Positions 18,207 to 27,496 of a stretch of 64,000 nt of DNA are shown one piece after another. Below the pieces are notes generated by a model. It was given only the letters and a program-made list of their open reading frames with translations. It was not told the DNA's origin and did not search any database. The DNA lies in NCBI GenBank assembly GCA_035327305.1, contig DAOLDL010000004.1, forward strand, positions 12,180-76,179. Direction: 5' to 3'. The DNA comes from Kiritimatiellia bacterium. GTDB taxonomy: Bacteria; Verrucomicrobiota; Kiritimatiellia; CAIVKH01. A program made the translations under genes and the position numbers. Numbering within the stretch: the stretch's first letter is position 1; the number at the start of each line of letters is the position of its first letter.

Positions 18207-18302
18207 TCGTTTATTGTTACATATGCGGCTGTAAGTTTGACGCCGCCATGCCGATATTATTCAAAATCAGAAATAACGCCATCAGATAAGCAATCGACCG
18301 CC

Positions 18303-21029
18303 ATGAACCAATCGACAAGCCCCCGGCCCAGCATCATCAGTCTATTCAATGGCGACAAACACTGGTATGCCCTGTTTATCGTGGCTTTGGCGCTGGTATT
18401 CAACCTTGCCCGCACCGCGCCCGATATTATTCCGGGTGAATCCGCCCAGTTGGTCGCGCAACATGCCGGTCATGACGTATTTGCCCCCATGTCACACGTC
18501 GCCTGGGGATGGGCAGGTCGACTTTTCGAATTTATTCCCGTGGGGAATCATGCATTTCGCTGGAATCTTTTGAGCGCCGTTGCGGGAGCCGCCGCCTGTG
18601 GAATGGTATTTCTGTTGACCAGGCGTCTCATGGGACGAAAGGATGATAAACTTTTATTGGGCGGCGACCTTTATGCATACCGGAATCTGGCCGGCCTGGT
18701 CGCAGGACTCCTTTTGGTTTTTTGCCAACCGCTTCATATTGTTTCGACCATGGCAAACCCCGCCACCTTTGAACTATTACTGCTACTTGTTTCCATCTGG
18801 TTGCTGGCCCGGTTTCATGACACCGGGCACTTGCGGTTCGGCGTTGGAGCCATGGCATTATTCGGGGCCGTCATCACTCAATATGCATTCGCAATCATGC
18901 TTGCCCCCTTGTTTGGCATCATGATGCTATACGTCACATGGCGCAAAAATCATTTCCGGCCGCCATCACTGACTAGACTATTACTGGCATTTACGGCCGG
19001 GTTGTCGCTATTTCTGGTGATTGCCCTGTTGTTCATGCAAAAACCCGGATACCAGTGGGCGGAATTAGACGGAATCGGCCAGGTTTTATGGTTTATGGCC
19101 CGGGATCTTTATGCGGAAATCCGGGTTGCGACACCACGAATTGCCATCATCCTGGTCGTTATTTACAGCCTTCTGCCTTTTATATGTGTGGTCATCATGT
19201 CAAAGCAGATGACCATCAGCTATTTTATCCTGATACTCATTTGCGCCTTGTTGAGCGCCTTGTTGTTCTTGAACTTCCGGTTCGCTCCGTGGCCCATGTT
19301 CGGTTTTCGCCCTCTATTGATTGCACCTTATGTGATTGCGGCGGCCTGGAGCGGATGCCTCGTGGCTTATGTGATGGGACTCATCAAATCCGCATGGTTA
19401 TTTCGATTCCACTACAACCGTATCAAATGGATACAGCCGACACTGTCTGTTCTGTGGCTGGCACTGGCCGGCACCCTGATCCTTGCTTCGGGTTGGAAAA
19501 CCGTTCGCAACGAAGGCGCTTCATCAACTAGGGGAATAGCGAAATATGCCGGATATATGGTCAACCAGTTGGACGACAACATGTGGATTGTTGTCGATGG
19601 GCAATTGGAGCCGGTTCTTCGCATCAAATGCGCCGAGATCGGAAGAAATCCCCTGATCATTTCCAGTAGCCGCATACATCATCGTCCCTATCTGAATGCT
19701 CTCGCGCATCAATTAAACAACGAACGACTTGGCTCCATGGCCGAAATGGGGCTTATTCCTTTAATCCGGGAACAACTCGACCACCCCGAAGGGCCGGAAA
19801 AGATCATCGCCGTGGCCGGAGATCCGGGCATTCTGCGTTTTGTCATCGGTACTGCCTGGCCCGACCGGACCATCTACACAAGTGAAAAACCGAATGTGGA
19901 TGCCATGAATTGGGCTGAATATATGGAAAACCTGCGTGCGTGGTGGCGGCATCTCCCGATCTCGAAGGAATATGGCCCGTTCAACGAACTCATCAAGCGA
20001 CTCCACATTCAAAGCGCGCGAATCGCCAATGATACCGGCATCTTTTTAGAGGAAAACGGCAAGCATGACTTCGCCCGCGAGGCATTCCTCGAGGCGATTA
20101 GAATTCACCCGCAAAACCTTTCCGCTCATTTGAATTTGCGCGGGCAATTACCCAATGGCGAGTCAGCCGATTGGCTTGAAGAGGATATCGAACGCTTATC
20201 CGCGATGTGGCGAGGTCGAGCCACACTCGCGCAAATCATGGATGTACACGGGTTAATTCGCCATGACGCCGCGATCGAAACCGTTGATCAACGGTGGGGG
20301 CGCACCGATCCAGTTAGCCGACTCGACGAAACCATCCTTCAGCTTTTACAGCTTGAGGATGAAGAGGCGTTCGGTTTAGCCATGACAATAAGCAATAACG
20401 ATAGTGGCGCCAAATTGGCGATAGCCCGCATAGTCGCCGGTAAAAACCGGCATGTACTTGCCCGGAAAATCCTCAACTCAATAGACGCCAAAGACGATTT
20501 TCAGCAAAGTGTGATCTTGGAACTGGCAAATCTCGACATACAAATGGGGTTCCGGGATCGCGCCTACCAGACACTTTCCGCCATTCCGGAGACGGAAATC
20601 AGCGATCCGCGTATTCTTATCCTGCTAGCCAGCCTGACTGTGGATTCCGACCCGCAAAAATGCGACCAATACCTTGGCCGGCTTGAAAATTACCCCAACT
20701 TGTTGCCCTCGTTAGTGTTACCTATCGCCCGAATTCTTGAGTCACGACAAAAACCGGAAAAGGCCATTCGCCATCTTGCCTATCTTACGGCCCTGCAACC
20801 ATTTAATCGGGATGCAATACAAATGATTATCCGACTTCATCTGGATCAACAGGATATTCCATCCGCCATTACCTATGCAAAACAGCTTTTTACCATTGAA
20901 TCACACAATCCTCTGGCCAATGCCGCATTGGCATTACATTTGGAATCGAGGGGAAATCTCCCCGCGGCGGATAAGGCGCGTAGAATCGCTTTATCGGGCA
21001 ATCCCTTATTATCAATATATTTTGAATAA
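18303..21029 (+). CDS. Polytopic membrane protein (GT-C/PMT-like, DUF2723-type N-domain) with C-terminal TPR repeats
   Basis: Likely start MNQSTSPRPSIISLF. The track ORF starts at 18177. About 11 TM helices with an Asp-containing first loop, then a ~450-aa TPR-like helical region. Confidence 0.55.
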   Translation: MNQSTSPRPSIISLFNGDKHWYALFIVALALVFNLARTAPDIIPGESAQLVAQHAGHDVFAPMSHVAWGWAGRLFEFIPVGNHAFRWNLLSAVAGAAACGMVFLLTRRLMGRKDDKLLLGGDLYAYRNLAGLVAGLLLVFCQPLHIVSTMANPATFELLLLLVSIWLLARFHDTGHLRFGVGAMALFGAVITQYAFAIMLAPLFGIMMLYVTWRKNHFRPPSLTRLLLAFTAGLSLFLVIALLFMQKPGYQWAELDGIGQVLWFMARDLYAEIRVATPRIAIILVVIYSLLPFICVVIMSKQMTISYFILILICALLSALLFLNFRFAPWPMFGFRPLLIAPYVIAAAWSGCLVAYVMGLIKSAWLFRFHYNRIKWIQPTLSVLWLALAGTLILASGWKTVRNEGASSTRGIAKYAGYMVNQLDDNMWIVVDGQLEPVLRIKCAEIGRNPLIISSSRIHHRPYLNALAHQLNNERLGSMAEMGLIPLIREQLDHPEGPEKIIAVAGDPGILRFVIGTAWPDRTIYTSEKPNVDAMNWAEYMENLRAWWRHLPISKEYGPFNELIKRLHIQSARIANDTGIFLEENGKHDFAREAFLEAIRIHPQNLSAHLNLRGQLPNGESADWLEEDIERLSAMWRGRATLAQIMDVHGLIRHDAAIETVDQRWGRTDPVSRLDETILQLLQLEDEEAFGLAMTISNNDSGAKLAIARIVAGKNRHVLARKILNSIDAKDDFQQSVILELANLDIQMGFRDRAYQTLSAIPETEISDPRILILLASLTVDSDPQKCDQYLGRLENYPNLLPSLVLPIARILESRQKPEKAIRHLAYLTALQPFNRDAIQMIIRLHLDQQDIPSAITYAKQLFTIESHNPLANAALALHLESRGNLPAADKARRIALSGNPLLSIYFE

Positions 21030-21034
21030 TCGTC

Positions 21035-21075
21035 TAAAAATTCATTGACGCAATTAACCTATTGGGTATTTTTAT
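21035..21075 (+). promoter_or_regulatory. Candidate sigma70-like promoter for the PEP-CTERM gene
   Basis: TTGACG followed 16 nt later by TATTTT, ~75 nt upstream of the ATG. AGGAAAA is placed as an RBS at -10 from the ATG. Confidence 0.25.
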
Positions 21076-21146
21076 AGCCAGATGTTGATTTGGGTTAGGC
21101 GTGTAGCCTTTACCGAGTGGTAAACCAGTTCGAGTGAGGAAAAAAT

Positions 21147-21884
21147 ATGAAGTCTTTTATATCAGGTCTTATGGCGGCTATGCTTATCGGCACCGCACCG
21201 GCAATGGCAATCGTCTTCAATGACGCAACGGGTGATATCGATGCCGGCATTGCTACTGGCGGTGGTACACTGGATATCGTTTCCATGGAAGTGGCAAACA
21301 CTCTCGCCGACATTACGTTCACATTGACCGTAAATGGAGATATTTCTGCCACTGATTGGGGTAACTTCATGATCGGCATTTCCACGCCGGGCGCTCCCGG
21401 CGCTCCGACCGGCAATGGTTGGAATCGTCCGATCAATTTGAGTTCTGCCAATGGCTATATGAATCACTGGATTGGTTCATGGGTCAACGGTGGCGGCGGA
21501 TCTCAACATTGGGTCTACACTGGAAGCGGTACGGAAGGCGGCACCGGCGGCAATTGGGGTGGACCATCAGCTTTGGCTGGTTTTTCCTTGAATGCAGGCG
21601 CTCAAAGCACCATCACCTATACCCTTACCTTGGCATCTCTTGGTTTGGGCATCGGCGACACCTTCTACTTTGACGCTTATACTTCAGGTAGCGGTGGTAC
21701 TGATAGCGCGGTTGACGCTCTTTCAAACCCGAACGTTTCAATCACCGCATGGGATCAAGCTTACACATCCGACGACGCAGTTACCGGATTGAGCTCCTAC
21801 ACGGTTGTTCCCGAGCCTTCCTCAATCGCCTTGCTCGGACTCGGCGCGTTGTTGTTTGGTCGTCTGTTCCGTCGGCGCGCATAA
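21147..21884 (+). CDS. PEP-CTERM sorting-domain secreted protein (Gly/Thr/Ser-rich)
   Basis: Signal peptide and a low-complexity G/T/S-rich body. Canonical C-terminus VVPEPSSIALLGLGALLFGRLFRRRA (PEP motif, TM helix, Arg cluster). Confidence 0.8.
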   Translation: MKSFISGLMAAMLIGTAPAMAIVFNDATGDIDAGIATGGGTLDIVSMEVANTLADITFTLTVNGDISATDWGNFMIGISTPGAPGAPTGNGWNRPINLSSANGYMNHWIGSWVNGGGGSQHWVYTGSGTEGGTGGNWGGPSALAGFSLNAGAQSTITYTLTLASLGLGIGDTFYFDAYTSGSGGTDSAVDALSNPNVSITAWDQAYTSDDAVTGLSSYTVVPEPSSIALLGLGALLFGRLFRRRA

Positions 21885-21902
21885 TTTCAAGCGATTTCTC
21901 GC

Positions 21903-23840
21903 ATGACAAAAAGCGATGCGTTATCAAAACCGCGTCGCTTTTTTTTTCGTCTTTTTACCGTATTACTTTCCTTCCTGCTTCTGGCGGGAGTTGAAGCCGG
22001 ACTTAGAATTGCCGGGTATGGCGGCTACCCCCCGTTCCTGCGAGTCGCAGGCGCACTACCCTCCGGTGATAAGGTCTGTCTTGTGGAGCCGGCGGCATCC
22101 AAACCATACTTCTTTGCGAACCCCAGTCGACCAGGTTATGCAGAACAAACCAACTTCCTGATGCCGAAACCGGCGGACACCATTCGCATTTTTCTTTTTG
22201 GTGAATCGGCGGCGAAGGGATATCCGCAACCACGCAACCTTGCCGTCTCGACCTTTCTTCAATCCATGCTGGAAGATGTGTGGCCCGACCGCCACATTGA
22301 AGTCATCAATATGGGAACCACTGCCGTGGCCAGCTTTCCGATAATCTACGCGGTGCGCGATGCAACAGATTATCAACCCGACCTGTTCATTTTTTACGTT
22401 GGCAACAATGAATTTTTTGGAGCATATGGAACAGAGTCAATCAACCGGGTCGGCGGCAATTCACGGTGGTTGACGCACGTTTCGCGGCATCTTCGCGGTC
22501 TGGCCATTTTTCAGATCGTGGCGGAATGGCTCTATACCAAACCGCCCGTCGATAAATCGCTCATGGAGGAAATGATGGGGTCGGCGCTGGTGCCGGTTGA
22601 TTCGCCATCCCGCGCACGTGCCGCGCGCAATCTGCGGATCAATCTGGATAAAATGCTGGACATCTCACATCGTGCCGGGATACCCGCGATCGTCTGCACC
22701 ACCGCCAGCAATGAATCGGGGTTGAGGCCGTTGGGAGCAAATCAGGAAGCGATCGCACATTTCGAAAAAGGGAGGCTAATGCTGGAGCAAGGGGACTCGA
22801 AAGGCGCCCGAGAAGCATTCCTTGATGCCCGGGACATGGATACACTTCCGTGGCGACCAATCCGGCATACCGAAAACGCCATTCGCGAATCAGCCGCCAA
22901 TCAGCAGGCACTGCTGTGCGATATTGCCGATATTTTCCGAGACATGAGTCCGGAAGGCGCAACCGGTTGGGATTTGGTCGATGATCACGTTCACTTATCC
23001 GTCAAAGGCCAGGCCATGGCCGCCCGCGCCATGATAACGACCATGACAAACTTTGTGAATGAGTTGAGGGTGAATCCGGAATCCCTGAAGAACCTTCCCG
23101 AGTGGAATATATATGCCCACCGGTTGGGCACAAATTTTCTTGATGACTATCGGGTAAATCACACATTGCGAATACTATTCAGTGTGCCATTCATGAAACA
23201 ATCGAATCCGGAAGCATTCAAGAGATTCGAAACGGCATGCCGCCGCGCGGAAATGCGCATGCCACCTGCTCTATTATCGGAAGCTCGAAGATGGCAGACC
23301 ATGGCACCACACGCTGGAGGACTTCGCCCGCTCACCGGCATGGCCGCCCGAACATTCCTGGCCTCCGGAAAAACGGAGGAGGCCCTGAATTTTTACCGCC
23401 TGGCTCAACGACAGGTTCCGGACTACACCTCGTGGTATCTGGAATATGTATACTTTGAACTGGCTTGCCTCGAAATCATCAATGGAAACCTGACCACTAC
23501 CGAACTCAACAAAGCACAACACGGCATTGAACAGGGGCTGTTTCTGCTGGCTCACGGAGAATCCGTCACCGGATTGACGGAACGCTATGTCGGCAGGCTT
23601 CATCAGTTGCGGTCCGAATGGGCGGAAGCCATTCCCATGTTGTTAGCCGCCCGAAAAAAACTTTCCGCCGAAGATTTGGTCGCATGTGATAAAGCATTGG
23701 TAACATCGTATATCAAAATCGGTGATAAGCAGGCCGCGCTGGCTCTTACTGAAGACGGCATTCAAAACAGCGGACGCTTTTCTGCCATCTACCAACAGAT
23801 GAAATCGCTGGTTGAAACGTCTCTGGCTGGTGAATCATAA
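21903..23840 (+). CDS. Membrane-anchored SGNH/GDSL-like hydrolase with C-terminal TPR-like helical domain
   Basis: N-terminal TM helix. IRIFLFGESAAKGY is block I with a GES variant of GDS. FIFYVGNNEF is block III. DDHVHLS is the block V DxxH. Confidence 0.45.
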   Translation: MTKSDALSKPRRFFFRLFTVLLSFLLLAGVEAGLRIAGYGGYPPFLRVAGALPSGDKVCLVEPAASKPYFFANPSRPGYAEQTNFLMPKPADTIRIFLFGESAAKGYPQPRNLAVSTFLQSMLEDVWPDRHIEVINMGTTAVASFPIIYAVRDATDYQPDLFIFYVGNNEFFGAYGTESINRVGGNSRWLTHVSRHLRGLAIFQIVAEWLYTKPPVDKSLMEEMMGSALVPVDSPSRARAARNLRINLDKMLDISHRAGIPAIVCTTASNESGLRPLGANQEAIAHFEKGRLMLEQGDSKGAREAFLDARDMDTLPWRPIRHTENAIRESAANQQALLCDIADIFRDMSPEGATGWDLVDDHVHLSVKGQAMAARAMITTMTNFVNELRVNPESLKNLPEWNIYAHRLGTNFLDDYRVNHTLRILFSVPFMKQSNPEAFKRFETACRRAEMRMPPALLSEARRWQTMAPHAGGLRPLTGMAARTFLASGKTEEALNFYRLAQRQVPDYTSWYLEYVYFELACLEIINGNLTTTELNKAQHGIEQGLFLLAHGESVTGLTERYVGRLHQLRSEWAEAIPMLLAARKKLSAEDLVACDKALVTSYIKIGDKQAALALTEDGIQNSGRFSAIYQQMKSLVETSLAGES

Positions 23841-23841
23841 A

Positions 23842-24528
23842 CTACGGATTCGGCGGCGCCCGGTTAAACAACTTGGTCCAATCCATGTGGGTTTCTCGAT
23901 AAACGCGATCCAATTCATCCATAAACGCCTTGACTTCATCCGGTTGCGACAACCCAACGCGGTTGGCCAGTTCGGTTAAACGTTCATTGCGATCCCGGCG
24001 GGTCAATCCGATAATTTGTCCCATGGTCGTTTGCATTTTTTCCCGAAGTACCGACCGATCCTCCCGAGATTGAGCATTATCTGCTTCCCGGTATAACTCA
24101 TCCAATTCGGCAAGCTTTTCCTTGATCAACTGAATCGTGGCGCGCTCGCGTCCATCCAGGCTGGTTTTCTCTCTTTGATCAAGGCGGTCAAACTCCCGAT
24201 CCATGACCGCATCAAAACGCGATAACGCGCTGGCTAATGCCTCGGTCATGGGTGGCAATTCCGCATCATCATGCTGGGCGGTTTCGCGCATGATGACCCG
24301 ATCGGGAGGTACAATCATTGACCGGAAATCGTGGAGCGGCGCACCGATTTGAGGTTCTTCCTCCATTGAGGGTGTTTTTATCCCGTTCAAAACATCGTGA
24401 GTCATCGATTCAGCTTCTGCGACGATGCGTGCGCCATGAATGGCCTTCAGCTCCCTCCGAGCCTGCAACCAAAGCGCGGTTGTGATGATACAACCCGCAA
24501 CAGCGATTATCATTAGCCCTTTTTGCAT
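23842..24528 (-). CDS. Membrane-anchored coiled-coil protein, unknown function
   Basis: Likely start MQKGLMIIAVAGCIITTALWL (single TM) and a charged helical C-terminus. The track ORF extends to 24648. Confidence 0.35.
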   Translation of the reverse strand: MQKGLMIIAVAGCIITTALWLQARRELKAIHGARIVAEAESMTHDVLNGIKTPSMEEEPQIGAPLHDFRSMIVPPDRVIMRETAQHDDAELPPMTEALASALSRFDAVMDREFDRLDQREKTSLDGRERATIQLIKEKLAELDELYREADNAQSREDRSVLREKMQTTMGQIIGLTRRDRNERLTELANRVGLSQPDEVKAFMDELDRVYRETHMDWTKLFNRAPPNP

Positions 24529-24579
24529 GCCGCATATTCTTGTAAAAACTGGATGAATCAGCAAGATAATCCCCGTTCT

Positions 24580-24867
24580 ATGACGACAAAGCAGGACAAC
24601 CCAAACAATAATCGCCCCAATGATCCGACCCATGCATCGCCGGATCAATCGGCCATTGGTTTGGGGTATCTTTTATTGGCTGGTGGCTTGGTGTTTGTGG
24701 GTGGTGGATACTACATAGATCACCTCCGCGGCGGCGGGCTTGTGTTTACATTGATTGGAGTTGCACTGGCTTTCGTTTATGGCGGTTACGAAGTCTGGAA
24801 ACTCGTCCGGGCCATCAATGCAGATGATGTCGAAGCCAACAAAAAGAAAAACCACCCGAAATCATGA
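24580..24867 (+). CDS. AtpZ/AtpR-like small membrane protein (ATPase_gene1 family) preceding the atp operon
   Basis: Two Gly-rich TM helices: GLGYLLLAGGLVFVGGGYYIDHLRGGGLVFTLIGVALAFVYGGYEVW. Located at the 5' end of the atp operon. Start chosen at MTTKQDN. The track ORF starts at 24523. Confidence 0.45.
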   Translation: MTTKQDNPNNNRPNDPTHASPDQSAIGLGYLLLAGGLVFVGGGYYIDHLRGGGLVFTLIGVALAFVYGGYEVWKLVRAINADDVEANKKKNHPKS

Positions 24868-25292
24868 TGCCAGCACAAAGGTTAAGAAAACAGATCGCCG
24901 GAGTTATTCTCGTTGGGATTGCCGGACTTGTAATTACCGGATTATGTCTTTTTTTCATGCAAGATATTGACATGGAGGTGGATGCGTTATACGGATGGCT
25001 GGCGGGAATGGGGTTTCACGTTGCGGGATTGGCCGTTTTTGGGTTTGCACCGGGGAGGCCACTGGGATCATTTCTGGCGCTTTCGCTTGGATTTATTTTC
25101 CTGCGCCTGTTCGTCTTGATTATTCTGGTCGTTATAGTATTAATGGGGACCTTTTTGCGGGCAGAACCGTTTGTGGCCGGCCTTTTGCCCGCTTATTTTA
25201 TTGGAAGTTGGATGGAAATTGCGGCGCTTGCTTCCGCGCAAAACCGCAAAACATTCACGAAACAAGGAAAGATTCATACTTGTGGCGGCTGA
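24864..25292 (+). CDS. atpI: ATP synthase protein I (AtpI)-like membrane protein
   Basis: 142 aa with four hydrophobic helices, between the atpZ-like gene and atpB. 4-nt overlap with the upstream gene. Confidence 0.4.
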   Translation: MMPAQRLRKQIAGVILVGIAGLVITGLCLFFMQDIDMEVDALYGWLAGMGFHVAGLAVFGFAPGRPLGSFLALSLGFIFLRLFVLIILVVIVLMGTFLRAEPFVAGLLPAYFIGSWMEIAALASAQNRKTFTKQGKIHTCGG

Positions 25293-25344
25293 AGGAACAA
25301 TAGTTCAGGAAAGCGATAAATCATCGCTTGTGCAGGAATATATC

Positions 25345-26076
25345 ATGGGGAAAGTGGCGGACGCCGCTTATTGGAAAACTCCATTCGGCAAAGTTTCCCT
25401 GGACTTTATCAACCTGACCTCGCACGGTCTGATGCTGATTTTCGCCGCTTTATTCCTGATCTTTTTGTTTGGCCGCCTCTATCGGAAAAACGACCTGATC
25501 CCCCGTGGACTCACCAATTTGCTGGAAGTTCTGATCCTTTTTGTCCGCGACCAGATCGCCATCGCCAACCTCGGAGAAAAAGACGGCCGCAAGCTCGCCC
25601 CGATCTTCTTGTCCTTGTTTTTCTTTATCCTGGTCCTGAATCTGATGGGTTTGATCCCGGTCTTTTCCGGTGCGACCGGCAATGTAAATGTTACAGCCGG
25701 CCTCGCTTTGGTGACCTTGAGCGTCATGGTCGGAGGCGCCATTTATAAAAACGGCCTCTCGGGATTTGCCCACGCGTTTATCCCCCATGGTGTGCCATGG
25801 CCGGTCCTGATCCTGCTCGTGCCAATCGAGTTTCTCGGCATCTTCATCAAATCGTTTGCGCTCACCATGCGTTTGTTCGCCAATATGCTGGCGGGATCGA
25901 TCGTGGTTTATTCCATTATCGGTTTAACGGTTATCTTCGGCATGGCCGGCACGCCGTCAATTTTGCTCGGTGTGGCCATTTACCTTTTGAAAGTATTTGT
26001 AGCGTTTCTGCAGGCGTATGTGTTTACCCTGCTTTCCGCGCTCTTCATTAATCAAGTGCACCATCCCGCGCACTGA
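25345..26076 (+). CDS. atpB: F0F1 ATP synthase subunit a
   Basis: Conserved LTMRLFANMLAG (essential Arg) and a C-terminal QAYVFTLLSALFI. Start taken at MGKVADAAYW. The track ORF starts at 25171. Confidence 0.85.
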   Translation: MGKVADAAYWKTPFGKVSLDFINLTSHGLMLIFAALFLIFLFGRLYRKNDLIPRGLTNLLEVLILFVRDQIAIANLGEKDGRKLAPIFLSLFFFILVLNLMGLIPVFSGATGNVNVTAGLALVTLSVMVGGAIYKNGLSGFAHAFIPHGVPWPVLILLVPIEFLGIFIKSFALTMRLFANMLAGSIVVYSIIGLTVIFGMAGTPSILLGVAIYLLKVFVAFLQAYVFTLLSALFINQVHHPAH

Positions 26077-26150
26077 TGAGGGGTAAATAAATGTTTTGGC
26101 AACGAAATGTCGGTGAAAATTAAACTTAAGTAAACAGAAGGAGATAAGTC

Positions 26151-26357
26151 ATGGAAGGTATATCATTGTCAGCGATCGGTGCGGGAATTGTGGTTATTGG
26201 TGCGGCCCTGGGTATCGGCAAGCTTGCCGCCGCCGCGATGGACGGTATCGCCCGCCAGCCGGAAGCCGCGCCAAAAATTCAAACCGCGATGATTATTGCC
26301 GCCGCGCTGATCGAAGGTGTCGCGTTGTTCGGCGCTGTCGTTTGCTTGTTGAAGTAA
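26151..26357 (+). CDS. atpE: F0F1 ATP synthase subunit c
   Basis: 68-aa hairpin with the GIARQPEA loop and the conserved carboxylate in AAALIEGVALF. RBS GGAGA upstream. Confidence 0.9.
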   Translation: MEGISLSAIGAGIVVIGAALGIGKLAAAAMDGIARQPEAAPKIQTAMIIAAALIEGVALFGAVVCLLK

Positions 26358-26387
26358 TCTGCCCGCGCAATAAAACGAGGGGTTCGC

Positions 26388-26936
26388 ATGCCGGATTCAA
26401 CATCCTACCAAGCCACAACGGAAATGCCGTCGAAAAGCGATTACGCCGAAAAACCCGGCGTGATCGACGTTTCCGGCTCCATGATGGCGCTAACGTACAT
26501 CACGTTCGTCATTACGGCGTTCGTGTTGTACAAGGCGGCATGGAAGCCAATCCTCGCCGCACTTGATAAACGCGAGGAAACGCTTAAGAAGGCGATAGAC
26601 AACGCGGAAAAAATCCGATCCGAAATGGCCGTAATCGACCAGACGCGCGCGCGCCTGATTGAGGAAGCCGACAACCGGTCCCGCGAAATTCTCGACAAGG
26701 CCAAGCGCGCGGCGGTGGATGCCGCACATGCCATTGAAGCCAAAGCCCGCGAGGAATCCCAGATTCTTCTCGAGAATGCCCGCCGCGAAATCCGCGCCGA
26801 ACAGGACAAGGCCATGGCCGCCCTTCGCCGGGAAAGCGCGGATATCGCCATCGAAATTTCCAGAAAAGTTCTCAAGGACAATCTGGACGAAACCCGCGGA
26901 CGCAAACTCGCGGATTCACTTATCAATCAATTCTAA
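26388..26936 (+). CDS. atpF: F0F1 ATP synthase subunit b
   Basis: Single N-terminal TM followed by a long charged coiled coil. Position in the operon. Confidence 0.8.
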   Translation: MPDSTSYQATTEMPSKSDYAEKPGVIDVSGSMMALTYITFVITAFVLYKAAWKPILAALDKREETLKKAIDNAEKIRSEMAVIDQTRARLIEEADNRSREILDKAKRAAVDAAHAIEAKAREESQILLENARREIRAEQDKAMAALRRESADIAIEISRKVLKDNLDETRGRKLADSLINQF

Positions 26937-26942
26937 ATCACC

Positions 26943-27482
26943 ATGGCCAAAATCATTGCCGCACGTCGATATGCCAAAGCGTTGTACGCGTTATCCCGCG
27001 AACAATCCGCCGTGGAGGCGGTACGCCAGGATCTCGACGCGTTGGTCAATATGATGGATGCATCGGAAGATTGGAAAAACTTCATCTTGAATCCGGTCGG
27101 CTCCCACACCGTACGCGCGAACATCATCAACCAACTGCTCAATGGCAAGGTGCACGACATCACATTACGGTTCCTGCGGTTTATTGACTTGCGCCTCCGA
27201 ATCAACCTGCTTCCGGAAATACGGGACGCCTGGATGGCGTTGTACGATGAAAACAATGGCATATTGCGCGGCCTCGTGATATCCGCAGTTGAACTTGATG
27301 CTGATCAAGTCAACCGCCTCGCCGCGCGAATTGCCGGACGCTACGGCAAAAAAGTTGAGCTTAACACCGGCGTCGATGCATCAATGATCGGTGGATTGAA
27401 AGTGTTTATCGGCGATGAAGTTCACGACTTCAGCATTTCCTCGCAACTCGAACAACTCAAGAAACGAATGATTTACGCATAA
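26943..27482 (+). CDS. atpH: F0F1 ATP synthase subunit delta (OSCP)
   Basis: 179 aa, [15 protein letters not shown] at the start, and operon position. Confidence 0.8.
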   Translation: MAKIIAARRYAKALYALSREQSAVEAVRQDLDALVNMMDASEDWKNFILNPVGSHTVRANIINQLLNGKVHDITLRFLRFIDLRLRINLLPEIRDAWMALYDENNGILRGLVISAVELDADQVNRLAARIAGRYGKKVELNTGVDASMIGGLKVFIGDEVHDFSISSQLEQLKKRMIYA

Positions 27483-27496
27483 ACGGAAGAAAAACC

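Noticed and set aside
26151-26357. Possibility that the atp operon encodes a Na+-translocating (N-type) ATPase
   Set aside because: The gene order is the classical atpIBEFHAGDC. The c subunit lacks the Gln/Ser-Thr/Tyr Na+-site residues (E is followed by G).
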